Positions 61,390 to 64,000 of a DNA stretch of 64,000 nt are shown piece after piece; positions within the stretch are counted from its first letter, which is position 1, and every line of letters begins with the position of its first letter. The notes under the pieces were generated by a model, which worked only from the letters and a program-made list of their open reading frames with translations, did no database searches and was not told the DNA's origin. The position numbers and the translations under genes were made by a program. Source of the DNA: Verrucomicrobiota bacterium (GTDB lineage: Bacteria; Verrucomicrobiota; Kiritimatiellia; RFP12; UBA1067); the NCBI GenBank assembly GCA_022704145.1, contig JAKJGY010000001.1, positions 5,445-69,444 of the forward strand, read 5' to 3'.

Positions 61390-62307
61390 CTAGCCGCGCG
61401 TCGCCAGGTAGGCCGCCAAGGCCTCATCATAGGGCACGCGCGTGTTCATGCGCACATAGTCGATCTTCATACGACCGCACGCCGACTCGATATCCGCCAG
61501 GAAGCCGCGCATGCGCTCAAGATAGGTGGCGCGGATCGTGCGCGGGTCGATCGGCAGCAGGCTTTCGGGCGCCTCCAGGTCGCGGAACTTGGTGAACGTG
61601 TCGAACGGGAAGGTCAGCTCCTCCTCCGCGACGATGTGGAAGAGCAGCACCTCGTGCCTGCGGAAACGGAAGTGATGCAGCGCCTTGATCAGCGCCGCCG
61701 GGTCGTCATACAGGTCGCTGAGGATCACCACCAGGCCGCGCCGCGGCACACGCTCGGCGATATCGTGAAAGATATCCGCCAGGCCGGTCTCGCCGCCGGG
61801 GACGGTCTTCTCCAGCATCTCCAGGATCGCGCGCACCTGGCTCGCGCGGGCTCGCGCGGGCAGGTAACTGCGCAGCCGCGTGTCGAACGTCACCAGGCCG
61901 GCCGCGTCCTGCTGGCCCACCAGCAGGTAGCCGAGCATCGCCGCGATATGCTGCGCGTACAGGAACTTCGAGGCGGGCTTGCCGTCCAGGCGCGCGGCCG
62001 CGTCGCCCGCGTACGCCATCGAGCCCGACGCGTCGAGCAGCAACGTCGCCCGCAGGTTGGTCTCCTCGATATACTGCTTGATGTAGTAGCGGTCCTTGCG
62101 GGCCAGGACACGCCAGTCGAGGTTGCGCAGGTCGTCGCCCGGCGCATACTGGCGATGCTCGGAGAACTCGACCGAGAAACCCTTGAACGGGCTCTTGTGC
62201 TTGCCGGAGACAAACCCCTCCACCACGCCGCGCGCGAGCAGCTCGCAACGGCCGAGCTTCGCGAGCGCCGCCGGCGGCAGAAACTGCATATAGGAGGGGG
62301 CGGACAT
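61390..62307 (-). CDS. DUF58 family protein (MoxR-associated VWA-like)
   Basis: GEHRQYAPGDDLRNLDWRVLARKDRYYIKQYIEE...LLLDASGSMAY. Confidence 0.8.
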   Translation of the reverse strand: MSAPSYMQFLPPAALAKLGRCELLARGVVEGFVSGKHKSPFKGFSVEFSEHRQYAPGDDLRNLDWRVLARKDRYYIKQYIEETNLRATLLLDASGSMAYAGDAAARLDGKPASKFLYAQHIAAMLGYLLVGQQDAAGLVTFDTRLRSYLPARARASQVRAILEMLEKTVPGGETGLADIFHDIAERVPRRGLVVILSDLYDDPAALIKALHHFRFRRHEVLLFHIVAEEELTFPFDTFTKFRDLEAPESLLPIDPRTIRATYLERMRGFLADIESACGRMKIDYVRMNTRVPYDEALAAYLATRG

Positions 62308-62354
62308 GGCAGGAGGTCAGAGGTCGGAGAGCCTGTAGCCGGGCGTCAAACGTC

Positions 62355-63380
<1,026 letters not shown>

Positions 63381-63595
63381 GAACGCCTCCCCCTATAAAA
63401 CCGGCCATTACCGAAGTTTGTACTAGCAATATCATAAGCGTCGGCCGAACGCCATATCAAAACCGCAAGGCGCTTTCGCGCGGCCGCTCTGTGCGGCCAT
63501 CAGACAGGCGGCACAAGGAGCGCCCGGTTCTTCTGGCCGTCATACGGCAAGTTCTGCTATCCTGCCGGACAAACATCTGAACCGTGGGGAACCCT

Positions 63596-64000
63596 ATGAG
63601 CGTGCACGCGACCTTCCTGCCCTCCGTCTGCCTGAGCCTGATGCCCGTCTGCCTCGTCTTGTGCGGCGCGCCCGCCCCAGGCCGCCCCCCGCATGACGCG
63701 GCCGCACACCTTGCGGTCGTCATCCCTCCAGACGGCGGCCTGAACCCCGGCCGGAAGGTGGAGCTGCCGGACGCTCCGGCGCTGCGCCTGCGGCCCGGCC
63801 TGGAGATCGCGTGCCGCTTCCGGATCGACACCTTGGCACGGGGCGCGCAGACGCTCGCCTCAAAGGACGGCGAGTACCTGCTGCGCGTGGACACGGCGGA
63901 CGAGGGCGGGACGCTCTCGCTCTTTGTCCAGATCGAAGGCAAGTGGGAGAGCCGGCTGCGCGGTCCCGTGGTGGCGGTTGACACCTGGTACGACGTGCGG
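63596..64000 (+). CDS. 5' part of a gene for a secreted hypothetical protein (signal peptide), continues past the window end
   Basis: An ATG at 63596 opens a frame with no stop before the window end. It reads MSVHATFLPSVCLSLMPVCLVLCGAPA..., has coding-like composition, and is not in the ORF track because it is unterminated. Confidence 0.4.
   Translation, partial: MSVHATFLPSVCLSLMPVCLVLCGAPAPGRPPHDAAAHLAVVIPPDGGLNPGRKVELPDAPALRLRPGLEIACRFRIDTLARGAQTLASKDGEYLLRVDTADEGGTLSLFVQIEGKWESRLRGPVVAVDTWYDVR

Overview
This window is 64 kb of high-GC (roughly 65-70%) bacterial chromosome. Gene content points to a Gram-negative organism: three tripartite efflux systems, a sigma-54 activator, a Bat-like MoxR/DUF58/VWA operon, a DUF6807 + Gfo/Idh/MocA pair and a GH78 hydrolase. 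That mix is compatible with a PVC-type organism, but taxonomy cannot be fixed from sequence alone.

The left third (about 1.8-20.4 kb) is an accessory mosaic. It holds an FMN-riboswitch-controlled ribBA-ribH operon; an orphan IS66-type TnpA fragment; a hipBA toxin-antitoxin pair; and decayed Mu-like phage genes. The phage remnants are a large-terminase C-terminal fragment, a portal gene plus a second diverged 3' portal fragment, and two diverged ~300-bp copies of a Mu protein-I (protease) gene fragment, each ending in a perfect 18-bp palindrome. The region also holds a chimeric Ser/Thr kinase - coiled coil - FGE-like gene with an internal GC break; a sigma-54-controlled ankyrin + MacAB/TolC-type efflux operon with a divergent GAF sigma-54 activator; a low-GC (~50%) gene for an Mrr-like PD-(D/E)xK nuclease sitting directly beside tRNA-Phe; and three copies of a ~118-bp element with perfect 18-20-bp terminal inverted repeats.

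The right two-thirds is mostly core: an RND efflux operon; flavin reductase-ispH-HNH; a GDT1-ferritin-like fusion; a GH78-like hydrolase; dnaK-groES-groEL in one row; an odd secreted Pro/Tyr/Trp-rich repeat protein directly upstream of a second MacAB/TolC-type exporter; UroD-like/DUF6807/Gfo-Idh-MocA; an argJ-argB-argD operon interrupted by a small nucleotidyltransferase gene flanked by 31-bp direct repeats; an M42 peptidase; a GT4 glycosyltransferase; and a MoxR-DUF58-BatA(VWA+PA14)-VWA-giant coiled-coil (Bat-like) operon.

I found no CRISPR array or rRNA. Many long ORFs in the six-frame track are antisense artefacts of the GC-rich DNA.
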